From Candidatus Taylorbacteria bacterium RIFCSPHIGHO2_02_FULL_44_12 (GTDB lineage: Bacteria > Patescibacteriota > Minisyncoccia > Phycocordibacterales > PALSA-1337), in the NCBI GenBank assembly GCA_001822575.1, contig MHRM01000001.1, forward strand, positions 24,755 through 64,019: 39,265 nucleotides of DNA, given 5' to 3'. A model generated the notes under the pieces. It made no database searches and was not told the origin of the DNA. It was given only the letters and a program-made list of their open reading frames with translations. The position numbers and the translations under genes were made by a program. This document shows, one piece after another, positions 25,223-33,622 of this stretch (positions are counted from its first letter, which is position 1; each line of letters opens with the position of its first letter).

Positions 25223-25567
25223 ATGAACAGAAACAGAATCGGATTGATCTTAGTGATCATTGTGACGGTGTTTGTTATCTTCAGTTCGATACTTGGGATA
25301 CTCAACTGGAGGAAGGCGGCTCTCGCTAGGCGAGAAAAATCAGTTCAGATCCAGGAGCATGCGGTGCCAATTGAGAAATTGGCTGAAACCCTGGGTATCG
25401 GGGTCACAGAGGTTACGACCCAAAAAGATGGGACACAAGATGTGTCGGTGATTGTCCATGACAGGGGCGCTTCATTCGTGATGGCACCAATGTCGAATCG
25501 GTCACCGACGGTAGTACCCGAACAGCAGGTTCGGGAAATGCAGAGACAGAGACAAAAACAACAGTAA
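25223..25567 (+). CDS. single-pass membrane hypothetical protein
   Basis: ATG 25223 is preceded by ggagag. TM segment is IGLILVIIVTVFVIFSSILGIL. The gene is GC-richer than the window average. Confidence 0.5.
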   Translation: MNRNRIGLILVIIVTVFVIFSSILGILNWRKAALARREKSVQIQEHAVPIEKLAETLGIGVTEVTTQKDGTQDVSVIVHDRGASFVMAPMSNRSPTVVPEQQVREMQRQRQKQQ

Positions 25568-25574
25568 GAGACAA

Positions 25575-26690
25575 ATGATAACAAACAAAATACAGATACG
25601 AATGAAAACAAAACTCACATCAATTATCGGTTTCCACATCGGTTTCATCCTCATCACCTTGTGGCTCTGGCCTGCAGTCGGCGCCCAAGCGATTCCAATC
25701 GCCCAGGCGCTTCCTGTCGGAAGCGCAGATATTCTGCGTAACTTCGCGCTTGGTCAAGTGACACACGGCAGCCGGGTGGTTACGGCACCGAGCCTCGATT
25801 ACCAATGGCCTGAATCCATCACGTACACCAGCGTTATAGGAAGTGGCGCTGAAGAAGTGCTCGACAAGTTGTTCGATGTTGAATTCAAATATAGGCTTAT
25901 TAACCCCGTTGACACAGTCACAGGGTATGTGTACCTGTACGATACCGAAGACAACCTGCTCTTCTACGGAATTGCCAATTTTACTGCGGCGGATCTGGAG
26001 AAAGGCAAGCCCCAGTACAACATCTGGATGCAGGAAATTCCACTGACTGGTCTCAAGGATATTGAGTCGGCGGAGGTTCTGGCGATTGACGAAAAGGGAC
26101 AAACTGCCAGGAGATATCCCCTGAACATCAAAAACGGTCACCCCCTTTTCCCGCCATGGATGGCTGGAGCTCCAAATGGAATCATGGTGATTCGATCCAA
26201 GGATGGTTTACTCACAAGGTATGACCTTTCAAACCCCGTGACCGAAACTCCTGGAACGACAACAGAAGGGGAATCGGCTTGGAAAATTGATGGGCATTAT
26301 GTCTTCGGGAAATTCAATTGCCCAGTCGGCACCTGTTCAAGCCCAGCTACAGTCACGGTGAAAATCACCGAGCTGTGGACTCGTCCAACGGTCTTACTCC
26401 GGTTCACTGAGGGACAAATTATCATCTTTGACGTGATGGGTTTTGTTCAAAATCAAGGAGGTACCAACTTCGAACGCCCCTTCGGTTTTCGACTCGAGCA
26501 AGTCAACGGTCCTTTGGCAGGTGGCGGAATTCTTTCTACTACCGAGTCAACGCAAGTTTCTTTGCCTACTAGCGGCGACTACCGAATCTACTTCGAGTGG
26601 AAAGAATTCGGGGAATCAGGAACTCTCTACACTGGCCCGGAGTTTCCGGAAAAAAGCGAGGTTATCAGTACTTCGGTCACAATTCCCTAG
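25575..26690 (+). CDS. secreted hypothetical protein
   Basis: Signal-like segment IIGFHIGFILITLWLWPAVGAQA (alternative start ATG 25602). No family recognised. GC-richer gene. Confidence 0.55.
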   Translation: MITNKIQIRMKTKLTSIIGFHIGFILITLWLWPAVGAQAIPIAQALPVGSADILRNFALGQVTHGSRVVTAPSLDYQWPESITYTSVIGSGAEEVLDKLFDVEFKYRLINPVDTVTGYVYLYDTEDNLLFYGIANFTAADLEKGKPQYNIWMQEIPLTGLKDIESAEVLAIDEKGQTARRYPLNIKNGHPLFPPWMAGAPNGIMVIRSKDGLLTRYDLSNPVTETPGTTTEGESAWKIDGHYVFGKFNCPVGTCSSPATVTVKITELWTRPTVLLRFTEGQIIIFDVMGFVQNQGGTNFERPFGFRLEQVNGPLAGGGILSTTESTQVSLPTSGDYRIYFEWKEFGESGTLYTGPEFPEKSEVISTSVTIP

Positions 26691-26714
26691 GACTGATTGT
26701 TTGAAATTTCACAG

Positions 26715-26749
26715 CCGCTTGAGCGCGAGATACTCAAGCGGTCTTTTTT
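26715..26749. terminator. bidirectional intrinsic terminator
   Basis: ccgcttgag (26715-26723) pairs with ctcaagcgg (26733-26741), followed by tctttttta. The right arm overlaps the hepT stop codon. Confidence 0.55.
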
Positions 26750-27177
26750 ATGTACGAATCAATTTGAATCATGTATGTCTTAAAATCAGAAAAGTGATTT
26801 TTGAGATTCCTTAGAAACATTTCCTTATCTAGTTTTTCATATCTGTGAACAAGCATGTTTCGAGCGCCAACGATCGGGGCTATTCTTTTGGCGAATTCAT
26901 TTTCAAGCACCTTGCATTCTCCGAGAGCCACAAAAGTACTTTGCAGGTCGTCTGGAGCTCCAAGCTTGCCCTCTCGCAGTATGTGAATATTGATGTCAAT
27001 CATAAGGTCAACCGCAAGCTGAAAATATCTTTCAATGGCCGGTAATTTCAAATCATCCTTTATGAGTTTGTTTATTTCTGAACCAGAAACATAATACTCA
27101 AGTTTTTTGACATTCTCGGCAAGCAATTGTATTTTTTTTGTTATGAAATCTGCGTCAAGCATTTTTGTATTCTTCAA
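26734..27177 (-). CDS. hepT: HEPN-domain toxin (HepT/DUF86-like) of a HEPN-MNT module
   Basis: R-x4-H HEPN motif in GARNMLVHRYEKLD. 147 aa. Overlaps the upstream MNT gene by 23 nt. Confidence 0.8.
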   Translation of the reverse strand: MKNTKMLDADFITKKIQLLAENVKKLEYYVSGSEINKLIKDDLKLPAIERYFQLAVDLMIDINIHILREGKLGAPDDLQSTFVALGECKVLENEFAKRIAPIVGARNMLVHRYEKLDKEMFLRNLKNHFSDFKTYMIQIDSYIKKTA

Positions 27178-27571
27178 TTATATTGGAAACATAATGTGAT
27201 CTCAAATCAAAGAGAGGACGAGCTTCGTCGTATAAGCGCAGCGCGGAAATAAAAAAAGTATCAAAAAGATGTCTTTCTTTCTCATACAAAACAATAGCAT
27301 GTTCAACGATCTTCTTTCCAAGAAGCGGTGACACATTTTTTAGATTGACAAGCTGTATGGCGTTATGTTTGAAGATTTCAATTAGTTCATTATTTATTTT
27401 GATCTCTTCCTCAAGATTAATCTTCTTTCCAGAAGAAAGATAAGCAATATCATAATCACTTTCCTTGTGAGTTTTGCCGGTAACTTGTGAACCAAAAAGA
27501 ACAACAAGGGCCAAATCATACTTTAAAGCCAGTTTTTTTATTGGACCTTTTTTAGAAATCACATTTATCAT
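27155..27571 (-). CDS. mntA: minimal nucleotidyltransferase (MntA-like antitoxin)
   Basis: The GS-x9-DxD style motif is LFGSQVTGKTHKESDYDIAYL. Confidence 0.8.
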   Translation of the reverse strand: MINVISKKGPIKKLALKYDLALVVLFGSQVTGKTHKESDYDIAYLSSGKKINLEEEIKINNELIEIFKHNAIQLVNLKNVSPLLGKKIVEHAIVLYEKERHLFDTFFISALRLYDEARPLFDLRSHYVSNIIEEYKNA

Positions 27572-27739
27572 ACTCCGACAATAGCATATTTTGTGAATTT
27601 TTCAACTCTTTGTGCTAATGGGAGCACATTTCCAAGCTCTTACCAGCATCTATTGACTTTTCTACACACTCATGCTAACATATTTTCATTGGTAAGTTAG
27701 AAAAATTAGACAAACAAAAGAAAGAAAGGTCTTTGAATT

Positions 27740-28120
27740 ATGAAAAAGTTTTTTCAGTTAGCGAGCGTTTTAGCGCTCGCTCTGATTGTTGGTGGCTGTG
27801 CTCTTGGAGCTGGCCACCGCCGAGTTCAGACCCCGTGCCAAACGGGTAATGAGGTTTATCTCGGGATTACGCCGGGGTTGGGCTCGGGCAAGTGCCTGCC
27901 TCCGCCACGGTTGCGGCAAGTTCCGATTCACCATGCCCCGGTGGTGGCCCACCGGTACGGCGTCCCCCAGCAGCCCTACCAATTGGTTCCCCAAAGAGGT
28001 TGCCCAACTTGCGGGGCCCCTGGCCGCTGTGAGCACATCACATTCCACAATCCCTGCCGGGGTTGCGGGATCTTCAAGCCCTGTGAGCATCGCCCGCCTT
28101 GGGATCAGGTCGTTCAATAA
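27740..28120 (+). CDS. Cys/His/Pro-rich putative lipoprotein, strongly GC-rich gene
   Basis: Signal plus lipobox-like MKKFFQLASVLALALIVGGC. The mature part has CPTC, CRGC and two C-E-H triplets. GC content is far above the flanks, which generates long spurious ORFs at 27770-28261 (minus) and 27786-28193 (plus). Confidence 0.6.
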   Translation: MKKFFQLASVLALALIVGGCALGAGHRRVQTPCQTGNEVYLGITPGLGSGKCLPPPRLRQVPIHHAPVVAHRYGVPQQPYQLVPQRGCPTCGAPGRCEHITFHNPCRGCGIFKPCEHRPPWDQVVQ

Positions 28121-28139
28121 CAGGAGATTGAATCTCCTC

Positions 28140-28175
28140 CAGCCGCTTCTCCACAGGGGGATGCGGCTGTTTTTT
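28140..28175 (+). terminator. intrinsic terminator
   Basis: cagccgc (28140-28146) pairs with gcggctg (28163-28169), followed by T6 (28170-28175). It lies 20 nt after stop 28120. Confidence 0.55.
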
Positions 28176-28180
28176 ATTAA

Positions 28181-28221
28181 GGTTTCAGCATAGCGAGGCC
28201 TCGCCTCGCTATGCTGAAACC
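28181..28221. repeat. 18-bp perfect hairpin (element E)
   Basis: ggtttcagcatagcgagg (28181-28198), loop cctcg, then cctcgctatgctgaaacc (28204-28221). It sits directly after a separate terminator. Confidence 0.8.
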
Positions 28222-28240
28222 TAGCTGATATCATTGGTCC

Positions 28241-28690
28241 ATGAATAAATATATATCTCATTCTCTTTTAAAAACCTCGAATATTGCTAGGGAATGGTTA
28301 AAGGAGGTGAGTGAAAATTTACCCAGAATAGAATCTGGCGCAATCGTGGTTGGACTTTCTGGGGACCTTGGTTCTGGAAAAACTGCCTTTGTAAAAACCG
28401 TAGCTAAACTTTTGGGGGTGACAGAAGAAGTGACCAGTCCAACATTTGTGATTATGAAGACATATGAGATCCAACAGGAATATTTCAAAAGATTGGTTCA
28501 CATTGACGCTTATCGGCTGGAAAAAGACGAAAAATTAGAAGTCTTGAGATTCAAGGATTTGATCGCTGATCCAGGAAACTTTATTTTCCTAGAATGGCCG
28601 GAGCGAGTCGAGACGGTTATGCCTGATGATGCCATCAAAATATCTTTCAAATTTATTGACGAAGGTGTGCGGGAAATTACATTTGAATGA
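28241..28690 (+). CDS. tsaE: tRNA t6A biosynthesis ATPase TsaE
   Basis: P-loop is GDLGSGKTAFVK. Also SPTFVIMKTYE and HIDAYRL. Confidence 0.85.
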   Translation: MNKYISHSLLKTSNIAREWLKEVSENLPRIESGAIVVGLSGDLGSGKTAFVKTVAKLLGVTEEVTSPTFVIMKTYEIQQEYFKRLVHIDAYRLEKDEKLEVLRFKDLIADPGNFIFLEWPERVETVMPDDAIKISFKFIDEGVREITFE

Positions 28691-28733
28691 GATAGGACTC
28701 TTCTACACCAATCACTAATGCTAGAATGATGTT

Positions 28734-31112
28734 ATGCCCAAAAAAGATGGCCGGAAACGCCTAGTTTTGTTGGATGCTCACGCTATATTGCATCGCGCTT
28801 ATCACGCCTTGCCTGATTTCTCAACATCAAAAGGCGAACCCACTGGAGCCTTGTACGGATTATCAACTATGGTTATAAAGATCATTGAAGATCTCAAGCC
28901 CGACTATGTGATTGCCTGTTATGACCTTCCTGGTCCCACATATCGCCATGAAGTTTATACTGCTTACAAAGCCAAACGCCAGAAAACCGATAATGACCTC
29001 ATCATTCAGATCAATCGATCTCGCGATATATTCAAGGCCTTGAACGTGCCAATCTACGACAAAACCGGTTTTGAGGCTGATGATATTATTGGCACAATCG
29101 TTGAACAGGTCATGGTTGAGAATACAGACAAAACAATAGAAATCATCATCGCTTCTGGGGACATGGACACTCTACAGCTCGTCAAAGGAGACAGAGTCAG
29201 AGTCTATACCCTCAAAAAAGGTATAAAGGATACGATAATTTATGATCAAGAGACCGTCAAAGATCGTTATGGTTTTGGGCCGGAATTGATGCCTGACTAC
29301 AAAGGCTTGCGAGGAGATCCGTCAGACAACATTATCGGAGTCAAGGGCATAGGTGAAAAAACTGCCACTATACTCATAAAAACATTTGGAACTATTGAAA
29401 ATGTTTATCTGGAATTGGAAGCTGGACATCATAAGAAATTTGAAGAAGCTGGAATCAGTGAGCGGATCATAGGCATTTTGGGTGAGAACAAAGAAGAAGC
29501 CGAATTTAGCAAGATGTTAGCCACTATCCGTCGTGATGCTCCAATACAGTTTGTAATACCGGATAAATCATTCAAGCAATCCATAGAAATGTCGGCCATT
29601 GGTTCATTGTGGAATGAGCTGGAATTCCGGACTCTTATCCAAAGATTACAAAATGTCCTTGACCAGAATATTGACGGAGGAATCAATAATGATAAAGAAA
29701 AAAAACAGGATATTACAGCGGAGGAGGTGGAAAAAGTTGGTTTGGCTCTGTGGCTTGTTCGTTCTGATATTACAAACCCAAAATTAGAAGATATATTGCA
29801 ATTTGCTCAAACAGACGATTTTGCCAAAGCGACCGAGAAAATCATGGCCGAATTGGTTGAGCGAAGCCTTGGGAAGGTTTATGAAAATATAGAATTGCCG
29901 CTTATACCGATCACTCACGCTATGGAAAAACGAGGAATTAAGATAGATAGGGCGGAACTCCTTAGGTTGTCGGAGGTTTACCACAAAGAGTTGTCTCGTC
30001 TGGAAAAAGATATTTGGGAACATGCTGGCGGGGAATTTAACATCAATTCACCGAAACAGCTTGGCGAAATACTTTTTGATACTTTGGGTTTGACAGCCAA
30101 AAACATGAAGAAAACTGGTGGTGGAGCCCGCTCTACCCGCGAATCCGAATTGGAAAAACTTCGGACCCTTCACCCTATCGTCCCTCTATTGTTTGAGTAC
30201 CGTGAATTGCAAAAACTGCTTTCTACCTATATAGACGCCATCCCGCCGCTTCTTGACTCTGATGATCGTTTGCATACGGACTTCATTCCATCAGGTAGCA
30301 CTACCGGTCGGATGGCTTCGCGCGACCCAAATCTCCAGAATATCCCCATCAAATCCGATCTGGGCAGAGCTATCCGAAAAGCCTTCGTTTCTAGTAAAGA
30401 TTCTCGTCTTGTAGCTTTTGATTATTCACAAATGGAGTTGCGGATCGCGGCATTCTTGTCTGGTGATACGAAGATGATAGATATATTTCGCCGCGGAGAC
30501 GATGTTCATGCATCGGTGGCCGCGGAAGTATTCAAGGTCAAAGCTGAAGATGTTACTTCCGATATGCGCCGTCAAGCCAAGGTTATAAATTTTGGGATCA
30601 TATACGGCATGGGTGTTACGGCTCTGCAGAGCAATCTTGGCACTACTCGGGCTATGGCCCAAAAGTTTTACGCCGAATATTTTCAAGCGTTTTCAGGGTT
30701 GGCTGAATATATAGACAGGATCAAAACCGAGACAGTTGACAAGGGTTATACCGAAACTTATTTTGGTCGGCGGCGTTATTTTGAAGGGATCAAATCCAAG
30801 ATTCCATATATTCGGGCTCAAGCCGAGCGGATGGCGGTGAATGCTCCTATTCAAGGCACGGGAGCTGATATCATCAAGTTGGCCATGATAAGGATTGATG
30901 AATATATTCAAAAGGAGAATCTTCGGGAAGAAGTCTTTGCTCTACTCCAAGTCCATGATGAGCTCATATATGAGGTCAAGGATGATAAGGTGGATATTTT
31001 TGCTGTGGCGGTCAAAAAGATCATGGAGTCTGTCATTGATCCGGCTCTTATTCATGGTATTGTTTTGAGAGCAGATGCTCACATAGGTAATAATTGGGGA
31101 GAGCTGAAATGA
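28734..31112 (+). CDS. polA: DNA polymerase I (5-prime nuclease + polymerase domains, short middle domain)
   Basis: 5-prime nuclease motifs LLDAHAILHRAYHA and GVKGIGEKTA. Family A motifs DYSQMELRIAA, RRQAKVINFGIIYG and QVHDELIYE. Confidence 0.95.
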   Translation: MPKKDGRKRLVLLDAHAILHRAYHALPDFSTSKGEPTGALYGLSTMVIKIIEDLKPDYVIACYDLPGPTYRHEVYTAYKAKRQKTDNDLIIQINRSRDIFKALNVPIYDKTGFEADDIIGTIVEQVMVENTDKTIEIIIASGDMDTLQLVKGDRVRVYTLKKGIKDTIIYDQETVKDRYGFGPELMPDYKGLRGDPSDNIIGVKGIGEKTATILIKTFGTIENVYLELEAGHHKKFEEAGISERIIGILGENKEEAEFSKMLATIRRDAPIQFVIPDKSFKQSIEMSAIGSLWNELEFRTLIQRLQNVLDQNIDGGINNDKEKKQDITAEEVEKVGLALWLVRSDITNPKLEDILQFAQTDDFAKATEKIMAELVERSLGKVYENIELPLIPITHAMEKRGIKIDRAELLRLSEVYHKELSRLEKDIWEHAGGEFNINSPKQLGEILFDTLGLTAKNMKKTGGGARSTRESELEKLRTLHPIVPLLFEYRELQKLLSTYIDAIPPLLDSDDRLHTDFIPSGSTTGRMASRDPNLQNIPIKSDLGRAIRKAFVSSKDSRLVAFDYSQMELRIAAFLSGDTKMIDIFRRGDDVHASVAAEVFKVKAEDVTSDMRRQAKVINFGIIYGMGVTALQSNLGTTRAMAQKFYAEYFQAFSGLAEYIDRIKTETVDKGYTETYFGRRRYFEGIKSKIPYIRAQAERMAVNAPIQGTGADIIKLAMIRIDEYIQKENLREEVFALLQVHDELIYEVKDDKVDIFAVAVKKIMESVIDPALIHGIVLRADAHIGNNWGELK

Positions 31113-31114
31113 GA

Positions 31115-31245
31115 GAGCTTGGTGAGAACAACATCTCATCACAAAGACATTGCCAGCGGCCTCAAACCAAAAGAGTTGGCCTTTAGTGATACACCCATAA
31201 ATCACCACATAGTCTTTGTGATGAGATGTTGTTCTCACCAAGCTC
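31115..31245 (+). repeat. long-hairpin element B: 34-bp perfect inverted repeat with 63-nt loop
   Basis: Left arm 31115-31148 (gagcttggtgagaacaacatctcatcacaaagac) is the exact reverse complement of right arm 31212-31245. The loop starts with attgccagcggcctc. It begins 3 nt after the polA stop. Confidence 0.85.
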
Positions 31246-31264
31246 ATGAGTGGTCGCTTACGTT

Positions 31265-31270
31265 TATAAT
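31265..31270 (+). promoter_or_regulatory. -10-like TATAAT 5 nt upstream of ATG 31276 (leaderless-type arrangement)
   Basis: gtttataat followed by tcatc then ATG. Confidence 0.4.
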
Positions 31271-31275
31271 TCATC

Positions 31276-32040
31276 ATGTTATTTGTTTTTCATGGCACAG
31301 ATGTGGCAAAAGCGGGCGATAAAGCTAGAAGCCTGATTGGTTCTTTGCGCGCCAAGAAGCCGGATGCTCCCTTTATCCATATCGGCGCCGATGATTGGAG
31401 CGTTGCGACTCTCCAGGAATATGTAGGTGGGCAGGGATTATTTTCAGCCAAGAGTATTATTTTTTTGGATAGAGTGATGGAGGATGATCAATCCAAAGAA
31501 TCTCTGCTCGGCCTATTGCCGGCTATCAAGGGTTCGGAAAATATTTTTATAGTCTTGGAGGGGAAACTTGACGCGGAGTCAAAAAGAATCTTTGGGAAAT
31601 ACGCTGATAAGTCAGCCTCATTTCAAAATGGGACAACCACAAAAGACAATAGTCCAAAAAAAGTTTTTGCTTTGGCGGATGCCTTGGGTGAGCGCCTGGC
31701 CATCCGAGCATGGACAATATACAGGGAACTGGTGGACGGCGGCGCGCCTTCGGAAAGCCTAATCGGAACGCTTTTCTGGCAGGTCAAATGTATGTCATTG
31801 GCCAATATCTCAAAAATCGCTGACCAGGCCGGTTTGAATAGTTTTGTGTTTAGCAAATCAAAACGCTATCTTAAAAATTATTCAAGTCTGGAAATAGACC
31901 GATTGATGACTGATATCATCGTTTTGTATCACGATGGTCATCTTGGGATAGCGGATATGGAGATTGGGCTGGAAAAAATACTTCTGGAACTTTCCGACAA
32001 GAAAGACCAAAAAATAGATCTTGAAAATATAGTATCATAG
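31276..32040 (+). CDS. hypothetical protein, possibly a short DNA polymerase III delta (HolA)-like subunit
   Basis: N-terminus MLFVFHGTDVAKAGDKARSLI resembles the start of short HolA proteins from small genomes. 254 aa is shorter than canonical HolA. Tentative. Confidence 0.4.
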   Translation: MLFVFHGTDVAKAGDKARSLIGSLRAKKPDAPFIHIGADDWSVATLQEYVGGQGLFSAKSIIFLDRVMEDDQSKESLLGLLPAIKGSENIFIVLEGKLDAESKRIFGKYADKSASFQNGTTTKDNSPKKVFALADALGERLAIRAWTIYRELVDGGAPSESLIGTLFWQVKCMSLANISKIADQAGLNSFVFSKSKRYLKNYSSLEIDRLMTDIIVLYHDGHLGIADMEIGLEKILLELSDKKDQKIDLENIVS

Positions 32041-32044
32041 GGGA

Positions 32045-33079
32045 ATGACAGCTTTCGTTTTTCGGGAACTTGGCAGGGATGAATCCTTTGATCCTCTGAC
32101 TCTGTCTCCTGATACTTCCTTTACCCAAGCCAGATTTTATAGGCAGTGGCAGGAGGGTTTGGGCAGGGATGTGAGAAGATATCTTGTTTCGCGGGGAGAC
32201 AAAACCGTGGCCTATTTCCAGATCGTTCTATATCCCTTGGCCTTTGGTAAACAATATGCCTATGTACCATACGGTCCAGTTATCGGCGATTTTTCCGAAG
32301 ATTTTATGCTGGCTCTGAAAACCAAAATCAAAAATATAGCCAGAAAAAACAATGTCGTATTCGTTCGCATGGACTTCACTCCTCCTCCAAAAAGTATTGA
32401 CCAGAAGAAAATTATTGAAAAAGTTTTTAGGAAGTCCCACCTAGTTACTTATCATTCCGCCTATTTCCAGCCGCGTTTGGAGTGGTTTTTGGACTTGAAT
32501 ATATCAGAAGAGGATATTCTACGTAATATGCCGAAGAATGGCAGGTATTCTATACATCTGGCAGAGAAAAAAGGGGTTACCACAGAAATTATTTCGGCCG
32601 ATTTTAATAAATATTTTGATGATTTTTATAGATTAATGTCTATAACAGCTTCACGCAATGGCTTCAGTTTGCATTCTCGCGCCTACTATCAAAACATTTT
32701 TAATCACCTTGACGCTAGCTATGCGTATATGGTTATAGCCAGGTATCAGGGGGAAATCTTGGTGGCGGATGTCATCATTCATTATGGTCATATCGCCAAC
32801 TATGTTTATGGTTCTTCTAGCAATGAACATCGCCAAATCGCTCCGACATATCTAGCCCAATGGTCGTCTATATGTCATGCCAAGAAACTTGGCTTGGCTC
32901 ACTACAACTTTGGCGGTATAGCATCGGGTGATATATACAAAGGCTGGGAAGGTTTGACGGCTTTCAAAAAGAAGTTCGGCGGCCGTGAAGTCAGACATTC
33001 TGATTTTTTTGATGTAGTGACGCAACCATTCTGGTATTTTGTTTACAATGTCAGGAAGGGAATGAAGAGGCGGTTTTAA
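32045..33079 (+). CDS. FemA/FemB/FemX-family peptidoglycan bridge-forming aminoacyltransferase
   Basis: FTQARFYRQWQE, NGRYSIHLAEKKGV and YGSSSNEHRQIAPTYLAQWSSICHAKKLGLAHYNFGGI. Confidence 0.8.
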   Translation: MTAFVFRELGRDESFDPLTLSPDTSFTQARFYRQWQEGLGRDVRRYLVSRGDKTVAYFQIVLYPLAFGKQYAYVPYGPVIGDFSEDFMLALKTKIKNIARKNNVVFVRMDFTPPPKSIDQKKIIEKVFRKSHLVTYHSAYFQPRLEWFLDLNISEEDILRNMPKNGRYSIHLAEKKGVTTEIISADFNKYFDDFYRLMSITASRNGFSLHSRAYYQNIFNHLDASYAYMVIARYQGEILVADVIIHYGHIANYVYGSSSNEHRQIAPTYLAQWSSICHAKKLGLAHYNFGGIASGDIYKGWEGLTAFKKKFGGREVRHSDFFDVVTQPFWYFVYNVRKGMKRRF

Positions 33080-33601
33080 AGTTCTGAAATCTATTCTTGC
33101 GCAGACTTTCCAAAAAAGCCAAATGAGTCCGGACATTGAAATGATAATTATAACTTTGGAGAGGAATCAAGTCTTTTTCTCTTTGTAATCTAACAATAGC
33201 GTCATCCAAAGTAAGCCATTCTATTTCTAGGTCGATTTCATCGGCTTGAGTTGTTTGAGGAAGACCTTTCTCTCCTATGAGTTTTGCAACAAAAAAGTGC
33301 GTAATTTGTCTTCCTCTTTGAATACGATATTCATCTGCAATAGCAATTTCTTCTATTTCGCCGATCTTGCAACCTACTTCTTCCAATGATTCACGACGAA
33401 CAGACTTCGTTAACGATTCTCCATTTTCTGTTCCTCCACCAGGTAGGAGTCGGTATTTTTTCCGACCAGGGCTATTTTATTTTTGTCATCAAAAATCACC
33501 ACCTTAACAGCCTGTCTGGGCGGTCTATCTTCTGGAAATTTGTCAAAGCGTTTGGCTTCGGGGAAGATATCTGCGTCTTGTAGTGTAATGAGAGGTTTCA
33601 T
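33051..33601 (-). pseudogene. NUDIX hydrolase interrupted by a frameshift at a homopolymer
   Basis: ORFs 33410-33601 and 33051-33386 are two halves of one gene. The Nudix box PGGGTENGESLTKSVRRESLEEVGC reads through in the downstream frame upstream of its listed Met. One extra A in the A6 run (plus-strand T6 at 33456-33461) would restore ...IALVGKKYRLLPGGGTENGES... Confidence 0.7.
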
Positions 33602-33622
33602 TGAGAAAATATGGAATCGAGA

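Noticed and set aside
27770-28261. ORFs 27770-28261 (minus) and 27786-28193 (plus) overlapping the Cys-rich lipoprotein gene.
   Set aside because: Same GC-rich artefact. The products are Arg/Pro/Ala-rich with no start context, and they run through the terminator hairpins.
31105-31255. Target-site duplication flanking hairpin element B (tgag on both sides), which would prove MITE-type transposition.
   Set aside because: The 4-nt matches are not at equivalent distances from the two arms. Element A shows no flanking duplication at all.
30942-31322. ORFs 31119-31322 (plus) and 30942-31277 (minus), both containing VRTTSHHKD.
   Set aside because: These are mirror-image translations produced by the 34-bp inverted repeat, and they overlap the polA 3-prime end. 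Not credible genes.
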